A program made the position numbers and the translations under genes. This document shows positions 1 to 6,262 of a DNA stretch of 64,000 nt, piece after piece; the stretch's first letter is position 1, and each line of letters begins with the position of its first letter. Origin of the DNA: an uncultured virus (IMG/VR IMGVR_UViG_3300031857_015178). Taxonomy: Duplodnaviria > Heunggongvirae > Uroviricota > Caudoviricetes. Location: the IMG/VR virus record IMGVR_UViG_3300031857_015178; one strand, written 5' to 3'. The notes under the pieces were generated by a model. The model ran no database searches, was not told the origin of the DNA, and worked only from the letters and a program-made list of their open reading frames with translations.

Positions 1-37
1 GGAACCGACTAGATGGGTTCAATTCCCATACGGCACC
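1..37 (+). tRNA. 3' part of a tRNA, probably tRNA-His (truncated by window edge)
   Basis: T-arm ATGGG-TTCAATT-CCCAT, acceptor 3' strand ACGGCAC plus a C discriminator typical of His; most of the anticodon lies outside the window. Confidence 0.6.
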
Positions 38-39
38 CC

Positions 40-111
40 GCCCTTATAGCTCAGTGGTAGAGCAACTCACTAGTAATGAGTAGGTCGTTGGTTCAAATCC
101 GACTGAGGGCT
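40..111 (+). tRNA. tRNA-Thr(AGT)
   Basis: Cloverleaf; ACTCA-CTAGTAA-TGAGT anticodon arm; GGTTCAAATCC T-arm. Confidence 0.9.
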
Positions 112-183
112 TCTGAGGTCGCCAAGTGGTAAGGCAGCGGGTTTTGGTCCCGCCATTCGTGGGTTCGAATCCTACCCTCAGAA
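112..183 (+). tRNA. tRNA-Gln(TTG)
   Basis: GCGGG-TTTTGGT-CCCGC anticodon arm; TCTGAGG/CCTCAGA acceptor. Confidence 0.92.
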
Positions 184-186
184 CTT

Positions 187-259
187 GTCCTTTTAGCTCA
201 GTGGAATAGAGCAGTAGGCTACGAACCTATGTGCGGGAGTTCAAATCTCTCAAAGGACG
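187..259 (+). tRNA. tRNA-Arg(ACG)
   Basis: Anticodon loop CTACGAA; GTCCTTT/AAAGGAC acceptor. Confidence 0.92.
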
Positions 260-260
260 C

Positions 261-289
261 TTGACAGATTCGGTTGAATCTGTTACTAT
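261..289 (+). promoter_or_regulatory. sigma70-type promoter overlapped by an inverted repeat
   Basis: TTGACA-17-TACTAT; ACAGATTC/GAATCTGT palindrome across the spacer. Confidence 0.7.
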
Positions 290-296
290 ATAAAAC

Positions 297-451
297 GATA
301 GAGGGTAAGTCCCTGTTATATCCTTATGAGGTATATCACACTTACTCCATCAAACGTAGGAAGTGCAACCCCTCTCTCTGGTCCTAGTATTCTGTGTCTA
401 GATGAAGGGAAAGGTGATTTTGTCCGCACATAGAGATCCCTCCTACCACCA
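297..451 (+). ncRNA. candidate structured ncRNA(s) between tRNAs
   Basis: Long hairpin 297-351; second domain closed by GTAGGA/TCCTAC and ending CACCA; lies right after a promoter. Confidence 0.4.
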
Positions 452-452
452 A

Positions 453-534
453 GTCGATGTGGCGGAATTGGTAGACGCGCTGGGTTTAGGTTCCAGTGAG
501 GCAACTCGTGGGGGTTCAAGTCCTCTCATCGACA
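453..534 (+). tRNA. tRNA-Leu(TAG)
   Basis: Anticodon loop TTTAGGT, long variable arm, GTCGATG/CATCGAC acceptor. Confidence 0.92.
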
Positions 535-535
535 C

Positions 536-564
536 TTGACAAACTATCAAAAGTTTGTTACTAT
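536..564 (+). promoter_or_regulatory. sigma70-type promoter overlapped by an inverted repeat
   Basis: TTGACA-17-TACTAT; ACAAACT/AGTTTGT palindrome. Confidence 0.7.
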
Positions 565-576
565 ATAAAAAACAAA

Positions 577-634
577 TCCTAAAGTCTAAAAGGTAGAAGT
601 TTATAACTTGTAGGTTCGAATCCTACTTTGGGAA
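577..634 (+). ncRNA. miniature tRNA-like element (58 nt)
   Basis: TCCTAAA/TTTGGGA acceptor, canonical GTAGG-TTCGAAT-CCTAC T-arm, shrunken D and anticodon arms. Confidence 0.6.
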
Positions 635-786
635 TTGGCAATTATAGAACCGCCACTTTATAATTGCCAAATAGGTATCTATGGAACGGCCATTCTGTAG
701 ATGCCAAACCTAGCAACTAAAGAACCGCCATTCTGAAGTTGCTATAACTTGGAAAACACAAAACACCGCCACGTTTTGTGTTTTCC
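635..786 (+). repeat. array of four hairpins with a conserved ACCGCCAY-type loop
   Basis: Hairpins 635-670, 674-705, 711-744, 751-786; loops ACCGCCAC, ACGGCCAT, ACCGCCAT, ACCGCCAC; stems unrelated in sequence. Confidence 0.85.
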
Positions 787-790
787 TCCT

Positions 791-862
791 GCGGAGTTAG
801 TTCAGCGGTAGAACGCTATCCTTCCAAGTTAGATGTCGTCGGTTCGATTCCGATACTCCGCT
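791..862 (+). tRNA. tRNA-Gly(TCC)
   Basis: Anticodon loop CTTCCAA; GCGGAGT/ACTCCGC acceptor, U73. Confidence 0.92.
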
Positions 863-863
863 C

Positions 864-970
864 TTGGTAGTCCCTAGCGATTAACTAGGTAGACGCCAAA
901 GGAAGTTAAGTCAAAGAAACGAGACAAGCAGACAATGCCCTTTGAACTGGTGTAAGTCCAGTAACTTCCT
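864..970 (+). ncRNA. hairpin (864-899) plus tRNA-like element (901-970)
   Basis: GGAAGTT/AACTTCC acceptor-like stem stacked on an ACTGG-TGTAAGT-CCAGT T-like arm; internal TCAAAG/CTTTGA stem. Confidence 0.5.
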
Positions 971-974
971 TCAT

Positions 975-1049
975 TCCACAATGGCGCAGCGGTAGCGCAG
1001 ATGACTGTTAATCATTTGGTCCCTGGTTCGAATCCAGGTTGTGGAGCCA
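975..1049 (+). tRNA. tRNA-Asn(GTT)
   Basis: Anticodon loop CTGTTAA; encoded CCA. Confidence 0.93.
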
Positions 1050-1050
1050 C

Positions 1051-1122
1051 GGGCGATTAACTCAGCGGTAGAGTGCCTCCTTTACACGGAGTAGGTCGGC
1101 GGTTCGAATCCGTCATCGCCCA
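1051..1122 (+). tRNA. tRNA-Val(TAC)
   Basis: Anticodon loop TTTACAC; GGGCGAT/ATCGCCC acceptor. Confidence 0.93.
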
Positions 1123-1140
1123 TATATAAAGTAAAAAAAT

Positions 1141-1470
1141 ATGATACACGAAAGACCTTGGGGAACTTATGAAATTCTTCTAGAAGAAGAAAATTATAAA
1201 GTTAAAAGAATCGTAGTTAATCCTTATCAGCAGTTCTCTCTACAGTATCACAATCATAGAGATGAATACTGGACTATTGTTGATGGATCTGGAAAAGTAA
1301 TTATTGATGGAACTGAATACTCAACTTCTTCAAAGACTTCATATTATATACAAAAACAATCCGTTCATAGAGCATCTGCCGACAGTGATGGTCTGACCTT
1401 TATTGAAGTTCAGGTTGGTAATTGTGATGAAGACGACATAGTAAGATTGCAAGATGACTATGGAAGATAG
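1141..1470 (+). CDS. mannose-6-phosphate isomerase type II (cupin) domain protein
   Basis: RPWG-YE...YKVKRIVV-P...SLQYHNHRDEYW...FIEVQ...EDDIVRLQDDYGR motifs. Confidence 0.85.
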   Translation: MIHERPWGTYEILLEEENYKVKRIVVNPYQQFSLQYHNHRDEYWTIVDGSGKVIIDGTEYSTSSKTSYYIQKQSVHRASADSDGLTFIEVQVGNCDEDDIVRLQDDYGR

Positions 1471-1497
1471 TTGCATAAATATTTCAAAAAGAGTATA

Positions 1498-1932
1498 ATG
1501 GAAAAACTTTATAAACTCTTAAGTGATGCTCAGTCATCACTTTTTGTTTTATTCCATAAAACCTGGGCTTTTCATTGGAATGTTGTTGGTGAAGATTTCA
1601 CTCAACTTCATCAACTCTTTGGCGGTCAATATGAGACTATGTTTGAAGAGATTGATCGTCTCTCCGAGCATATGCGTTATTTGAACGTAAAACCTCTTAG
1701 TTCTCTTTCAAGAATGCTTGAGGTAACTCAAATCAAAGAAGCAGCAAGTTCAACAGGAGCAAAAGAAATGCTTCAAGAACTTCTTGATAACAATACCAAG
1801 TTTTGTGAACTGATGCAAGAGATTTCGGAAGAGTCTGAAAATCAAAAGTCATATGCTACTGCCAATCTAGTTCAAGATTTAATGGAGTCTCATGGCAAAT
1901 TTGTTTGGATGTTAAGATCGCACTTACAATGA
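1498..1932 (+). CDS. dps: Dps/ferritin-like DNA protection protein
   Basis: HWNVVG..F..LHQLF..QY...EEIDRLSE..R and C-terminal K..WML motifs; ATG at 1498 preferred. Confidence 0.88.
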   Translation: MEKLYKLLSDAQSSLFVLFHKTWAFHWNVVGEDFTQLHQLFGGQYETMFEEIDRLSEHMRYLNVKPLSSLSRMLEVTQIKEAASSTGAKEMLQELLDNNTKFCELMQEISEESENQKSYATANLVQDLMESHGKFVWMLRSHLQ

Positions 1933-1947
1933 ATAGGATGAAGAACA

Positions 1948-2199
1948 ATGATTTCAATAAGATGTAAAGATTGTAATAAAGAATTAATAGGACACCCATC
2001 AAAAACAGTGACCTGTGGTTGTCCTAATATGGCAACAATTCGTGGAGATAAAGTTTCGGCAGTTGACTTATCTCGCATTGTTATGTTAAACTCATTAAAA
2101 GAAAGTTCAAAAACAAACGTACTCTCTTCTCAAGATATTGCTTGGCAAGAAGCACGTAGACAACGTAAAGTTCGTCGTTTGGATTTTGAAGTCCGTTGA
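1948..2199 (+). CDS. hypothetical protein with Cys-rich Zn ribbon
   Basis: CKDC...CGC motifs. Confidence 0.7.
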   Translation: MISIRCKDCNKELIGHPSKTVTCGCPNMATIRGDKVSAVDLSRIVMLNSLKESSKTNVLSSQDIAWQEARRQRKVRRLDFEVR

Positions 2200-2208
2200 G
2201 GACTTATT

Positions 2209-2295
2209 GGAAGGTCAATCCGATTGGCGACGGAACCGCTCTTGAAAAGCGTTGAGGTGTTAAAGCCCTTGGGAGTTCGACTCTCCCACCTTCCG
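2209..2295 (+). tRNA. tRNA-Ser(TGA)
   Basis: Anticodon loop CTTGAAA, long variable arm, G73. Confidence 0.9.
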
Positions 2296-2423
2296 TTTAG
2301 ATAATTTTTGTTTAGAAAAGTTACAAATTTAACAATTTCTTCAATAGTGTTACGATATGAACACAAAAAGTTGACTGTGAAATACCTGTGATTATTATAT
2401 AGTAGTATCACGGGGACGAACCG

Positions 2424-2573
2424 ATGGATCAACACACCTACGATAATTGGGTGAAGATCAAAGCAACTTTTGAAGCTTCTGGCAACACCAATAATATGTT
2501 TTACTATAGAGCATGTGAAATTGTGAAAACCAAAAGAGATCCTCTCGCAAAGTTTCTTGGAGATGATAAATGA
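2424..2573 (+). CDS. small hypothetical protein (49 aa, MDQHTYDNWVKIK...)
   Basis: Read from sequence; GGGGA RBS; coupled to the next ORF. Confidence 0.65.
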   Translation: MDQHTYDNWVKIKATFEASGNTNNMFYYRACEIVKTKRDPLAKFLGDDK

Positions 2574-2773
2574 TGCACGAACAAGAAGAATTTATTACAC
2601 GTTCTGAAGTTCAGGAGATGATCGATGCAGCAATACGACGACACAACCGTAATGCTTCTATCATTAGTATGTGCGTCGGTTGGGTGGTTCTTGCTTTATT
2701 TGCTGAGGGACTTTTGAGACTCGTTGGAGTTATTCCTCCATTACTACCATGGCTCAAAATCACTCTGAACTAA
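2570..2773 (+). CDS. hypothetical membrane protein
   Basis: ORF with hydrophobic C-terminal half. Confidence 0.65.
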   Translation: MMHEQEEFITRSEVQEMIDAAIRRHNRNASIISMCVGWVVLALFAEGLLRLVGVIPPLLPWLKITLN

Positions 2774-3039
2774 TTTTTCTAGTTCCTTGGTTTGTTCTTG
2801 TGGTGATTGCACTTACAATGTTCGTGCAAGGTTGGATGATTATGAACGCTCATCATGGGTATTCAAAAAGTCCAAAGGTAAAACATCCAGAATTAAACGA
2901 CGTTAAAGCAGGAGACCCTTTACTAGTGGTTAAATTCACCGAAGAAGATATCCAAGAACTATATCAAAGAGTTCTCCAACAAAAAATGGATGAACTCTTT
3001 GAAGAACCATCTACATACGAGGACGAAGAAGATGATTAA
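2749..3039 (+). CDS. hypothetical membrane protein (DUF2973-like)
   Basis: N-terminal TM, HPEL...GDPLLVVKF motif, acidic tail. Confidence 0.6.
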   Translation: MAQNHSELIFLVPWFVLVVIALTMFVQGWMIMNAHHGYSKSPKVKHPELNDVKAGDPLLVVKFTEEDIQELYQRVLQQKMDELFEEPSTYEDEEDD

Positions 3040-3107
3040 AACACTTTTTACACTATCAGTGATATATTTTTCTATGATTGGATTGTGGATTTATTGGGGA
3101 CTTACTC

Positions 3108-3308
3108 ATGCATACCCCCAGTAAACAGAGATATAATTTTGCAATGTCTGCTTTTGTAAGAATATACGGGCATTGCATTGTTAACAATATAGATATTAAA
3201 CAGTTTTGCAAAGAATGGTCTACTTGGGAAGTTACTGCTCCGTTACAGGGCCTTGACGAAGTGGATCAATACATGTATTATGAATACAAGAACTGGAGAG
3301 GAAGATGA
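3108..3308 (+). CDS. hypothetical protein
   Basis: ORF in the co-oriented early cluster; start uncertain. Confidence 0.55.
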   Translation: MHTPSKQRYNFAMSAFVRIYGHCIVNNIDIKQFCKEWSTWEVTAPLQGLDEVDQYMYYEYKNWRGR

Positions 3309-3421
3309 TTTTCCACTTGGTTGAAATGCTAGCGGCAAATCCTTTCTTTCTTTTTCTTTGTGGATGTGGATTGACAATCATACCATTTGCTGGTATTATG
3401 TTTATACACAAAACCAAGTAA

Positions 3422-3495
3422 CGGAATGTAGCTCAGTTTGGTAGAGCACTCGCTTTGGGAGCGAGATGTCGCAGGTTCGAATCCTGTCATTCCGA
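3422..3495 (+). tRNA. tRNA-Pro(TGG)
   Basis: Anticodon loop TTTGGGA; CGGAATG/CATTCCG acceptor. Confidence 0.93.
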
Positions 3496-3513
3496 CTCAT
3501 AAAACTTCACTTT

Positions 3514-3744
3514 ATGAAAATGTATCCAGAACTTTCAGATCTCCAAAAGTTTACAGTCGAAGAGTTTCAAGCAGATTTTGATAATCTAATAGAAAGAGTA
3601 GAAAATGGCGAATCATTTATCATTACTGATGGAGAAAGAAACGCAGTGATAGTTCCATACAACGAAACCATAAACTTTGAGATAGAACCTCGTGTGAATG
3701 ACGAACTAATACGTATTCACACTGATCACGAAGAAGGTAGTTGA
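3514..3744 (+). CDS. Phd/YefM antitoxin-like small protein
   Basis: TVEEFQADFDNLIERVENGESFIIT...AVIVP matches the Phd N-terminal pattern. Confidence 0.55.
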   Translation: MKMYPELSDLQKFTVEEFQADFDNLIERVENGESFIITDGERNAVIVPYNETINFEIEPRVNDELIRIHTDHEEGS

Positions 3745-3769
3745 CAAAGCGTTCCAGATCCGCTATTAT
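3741..3769 (+). promoter_or_regulatory. sigma70-type promoter
   Basis: TTGACA-17-TATTAT; TCCAGATC/GATCTGGA repeat brackets the -10. Confidence 0.6.
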
Positions 3770-3783
3770 AGATCTGGATTTAA

Positions 3784-3871
3784 GCGAGTGAGACTTGGTA
3801 GTCAGAGGAGTCTTATAAACTCTTTCCGCCAGATTAGCGGCTTTGAGGTGGTTCGAATCCACCCACTCGTA
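3784..3871 (+). tRNA. atypical tRNA with TAT anticodon (Ile) and long variable arm
   Basis: GCGAGTG/CACTCGT acceptor, loop CTTATAA, GGTGG-TTCGAAT-CCACC T-arm. Confidence 0.7.
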
Positions 3872-3875
3872 CCTT

Positions 3876-3948
3876 GCTCGTTTAGCAATCTGGTGAATGC
3901 ACCGATCTCATAAATCGGCATAGGTGGGATCGTTCCCCACAACGAGCA
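3876..3948 (+). tRNA. tRNA with CAT anticodon (Met or Ile2)
   Basis: CCGAT-CTCATAA-ATCGG arm; non-canonical T-loop ATCGTTC. Confidence 0.8.
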
Positions 3949-3973
3949 TAGGACAGAAACTCTTCTGTCCACC

Positions 3974-4002
3974 TTGACTTCTTCAAGTCAAACCCTTATA
4001 AT
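3974..4002 (+). promoter_or_regulatory. sigma70-type promoter
   Basis: TTGACT-17-TATAAT; TTGACTT/AAGTCAA palindrome. Confidence 0.75.
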
Positions 4003-4024
4003 ACTAAGGTCAACATTCAATACA

Positions 4025-4240
4025 ATGACTCTCACAGCAAAATTCAAGAAAGACGTTCAAACCCTCCGTGGAGCAGCAAATGGCGATTTCTACCTTGATG
4101 TAAAGAATCCGAAACTCTACAAAAAGGTTCGCCGTTACTATGAAAACGAAGGTGTAGTGTTCTCTGGTGATCCTCTGGACGACTATGAAATGCTTATGGA
4201 ATATGTTCTTGCAGATCTTGAATCCGTTGAGGTTGCATGA
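4025..4240 (+). CDS. hypothetical protein
   Basis: ATG 4025 downstream of the promoter. Confidence 0.7.
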   Translation: MTLTAKFKKDVQTLRGAANGDFYLDVKNPKLYKKVRRYYENEGVVFSGDPLDDYEMLMEYVLADLESVEVA

Positions 4241-4485
4241 CAACACGACTTCCCAAAGTTCTTTTGGAACGTGAAGGATATCGCTTCGTAGAGGTAGGTA
4301 TTCTTGAAATCAACGGTAATCCAGATTACCGTATGCAAAAACAAAACGAATACACCAAACGCTGGAATGACATTTATCTTTTTGATAATGGTCTACAATG
4401 TACTACTGCTATGGAAGACCTTGACTATGCGCGTTGGTTAGACCCCGATAGGGTTCCTTGTTATGTGAGAGACGATGATGAGTAA
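4237..4485 (+). CDS. hypothetical protein
   Basis: ATGA overlap, GAGG RBS. Confidence 0.7.
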   Translation: MTTRLPKVLLEREGYRFVEVGILEINGNPDYRMQKQNEYTKRWNDIYLFDNGLQCTTAMEDLDYARWLDPDRVPCYVRDDDE

Positions 4486-4533
4486 ATAGTCACGGATGGA
4501 CTTTAACAGCACTGGTCGGGAGCAAAACCCCTT

Positions 4534-4767
4534 ATGTCTAAAACCGATTTGCTTAGGTGGATTGGAAATATTCTCCTTATAATTGGTTATCAGACTATGT
4601 TATGGGGAGAATTTAAATATGGTTTAATGATAAAGGTTGTTGGAGGATTACTCACAGTACCCTTTGCTATTAAACTTAAACTTTGGGATGTACTATTCTT
4701 ATGTGCATTCTTTGGTATTACCGAGATATCAAAGTTAGCCCAACTTTTCTTAGTTTCTCAAAACTAA
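4534..4767 (+). CDS. small membrane protein inserted in the modular RNA
   Basis: 77 aa with about three hydrophobic segments. Confidence 0.6.
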   Translation: MSKTDLLRWIGNILLIIGYQTMLWGEFKYGLMIKVVGGLLTVPFAIKLKLWDVLFLCAFFGITEISKLAQLFLVSQN

Positions 4768-4821
4768 GTGGTGGAGTCAAAATGACCCTATTAACACACA
4801 CATACACACTGGAGTAAAATT

Positions 4822-5028
4822 ATGACACCTTATCAACTTCGCTTTGAAGTCTTCAAGCAAGCATATGCTATGCTAAATGATCATTTTAGTATTGAATATG
4901 ATACTGCTCGTGTTTGGAATGATAATCCGTTAAACACAGTGAAAATGGATTATCCAGAGTTTCCAACTTTGTCGGATGTACTCAATCAAGCAGAAGCAAT
5001 TAATTATTTTGTTTCTGCTGCAAAGTAG
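4822..5028 (+). CDS. small hypothetical protein inserted in the modular RNA
   Basis: GGAG RBS; TPYQLRFEVF...FPT...VL..AE.IN.FVS. Confidence 0.7.
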   Translation: MTPYQLRFEVFKQAYAMLNDHFSIEYDTARVWNDNPLNTVKMDYPEFPTLSDVLNQAEAINYFVSAAK

Positions 5029-5130
5029 GTTTCTTGCCATTCCTTAAAAAGGCAAGTGGTGCGGATGGGATAACTCCCGCCTGGTTTCCAATTTCCAGTC
5101 AAAGAATTGGTGGCGAGCCTGAGTTACATA

Positions 5131-5166
5131 AGATGGGTTGCATAAACCCATCTTTTTTTGTATAAT
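5131..5166 (+). terminator. intrinsic terminator overlapping a sigma70 promoter
   Basis: AGATGGGTT/AACCCATCT plus T run; TTGCAT-17-TATAAT. Confidence 0.75.
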
Positions 5167-5192
5167 ATATACTAAGAGTAATTTATTCATCT

Positions 5193-6260
5193 ATGAGTGA
5201 CTATAAGAAAACGGCACTTGTTCTTGGTGCTGGTGGTTTTATTGGAAGCCACATGGTAAAAAGACTGCGGAAAGAAGGTTATTGGGTCCGTGGTGTAGAT
5301 CTTAAATATCCAGAATTTTCAATTTCTGAAGCAAATGAGTTTATTCAGGGAGATCTGAGAGACGCTAATTTTGTGGAAAGAGTGCTTCAGTTTAAAGGAT
5401 ATCTCGGCAATTTCTATCACTTTGTAGCATCTCAATATATTGATACTTTTGATGAAATCTATCAGTTTGCTGCTGATATGGGTGGTGCAGGATTTGTTTT
5501 TTCTGGTGAGAATGATGCTGACATTATGCATAATTCTGCAAGTATTAATTTGAATGTCCTTGAGTCTCAGAGACAGTTGAATGACTTTAAGGGAGTAAAC
5601 AAAACTAAGATTTTTTACTCTAGTTCTGCTTGTATGTATCCAGAACACAATCAATTAGACCCAGATAATCCAGATTGCCGTGAAGATTCAGCATACCCCG
5701 CAAATCCAGATTCTGAATATGGTTGGGAGAAGTTGTTCTCAGAGCGGTTGTTTTTCGCTTATAATCGTAATTATAGGATCCCTGTTCGGGTTGCTAGGTA
5801 TCATAATATCTTTGGACCAGAGGGAACTTGGGAAGGAGGTAGAGAAAAAGCGCCAGCAGCAATCTGCCGTAAAGTTGCCTACCTTCCTGAGGAAGGTGGA
5901 TCCATCGAAGTGTGGGGAGATGGCCTACAAACTCGTTCCTTCCTGTATATTGATGAATGCATTGAAGCAACCTGCAGATTGATGGATAGTGATTTTATGG
6001 GACCAGTTAATATTGGTTCTGAAGAAATGGTAACCATTGATGAACTTGTTAATACTGCATCTAAAGTCTCAGGTAAAAACGTAGAAAAAGAACATATCCT
6101 AGATGCTCCTCTTGGAGTACGTGGTCGTAATTCTAACAATGATCTTATTCGTAAAAAACTTGGATGGGATTATTCTCAGACACTTGAGGAAGGAATTGCT
6201 AAAACTTACTCATGGATTAACAATCAAATTCTAAAAAAAGATTCTGAAACTTCTTCTTGA
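5193..6260 (+). CDS. NAD-dependent epimerase/dehydratase (GDP-mannose 3,5-epimerase-like, WcaG family)
   Basis: GAGGFIG, AADMGG, YGWEK (YxxxK), GGREKAPAA. Confidence 0.92.
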   Translation: MSDYKKTALVLGAGGFIGSHMVKRLRKEGYWVRGVDLKYPEFSISEANEFIQGDLRDANFVERVLQFKGYLGNFYHFVASQYIDTFDEIYQFAADMGGAGFVFSGENDADIMHNSASINLNVLESQRQLNDFKGVNKTKIFYSSSACMYPEHNQLDPDNPDCREDSAYPANPDSEYGWEKLFSERLFFAYNRNYRIPVRVARYHNIFGPEGTWEGGREKAPAAICRKVAYLPEEGGSIEVWGDGLQTRSFLYIDECIEATCRLMDSDFMGPVNIGSEEMVTIDELVNTASKVSGKNVEKEHILDAPLGVRGRNSNNDLIRKKLGWDYSQTLEEGIAKTYSWINNQILKKDSETSS

Positions 6261-6262
6261 TA

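Larger units (their letters stand above)
4488..5122 (+). ncRNA. manA/wcaG-like modular structured RNA interrupted by two ORFs
   Basis: Repeated TTTC-stem-loop-stem-TGGYG modules at 4746-4788, 5027-5081 and 5081-5120, plus a 5' module at 4488-4531 with TGGTCG; resemblance to the cyanophage manA/wcaG motifs is from memory. Confidence 0.6.

Noticed and set aside
405..430. AGGGAA-AGGTG...TCC resembling a cobalamin riboswitch core
   Set aside because: The flanking stem and the downstream CCCGC-ACTG / B12 box are missing, and it precedes a tRNA, not a CDS.
316..519. Minus-strand 67-aa ORF (likewise 2130-2435, 3623-3862 and 54601-54867)
   Set aside because: These are antisense translations of tRNA genes.
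635..786. Hairpin array as a CRISPR or TIGR-type guide array
   Set aside because: The conserved part is only 8 nt, the variable parts pair with each other instead of acting as free spacers, and no cas or Nop-domain gene is visible in the window. CCA-9nt-TG spacing in three units was noticed but is not enough.
3466..3513. ORF-track start at 3466
   Set aside because: It lies inside tRNA-Pro; ATG 3514 or 3520 is more plausible.
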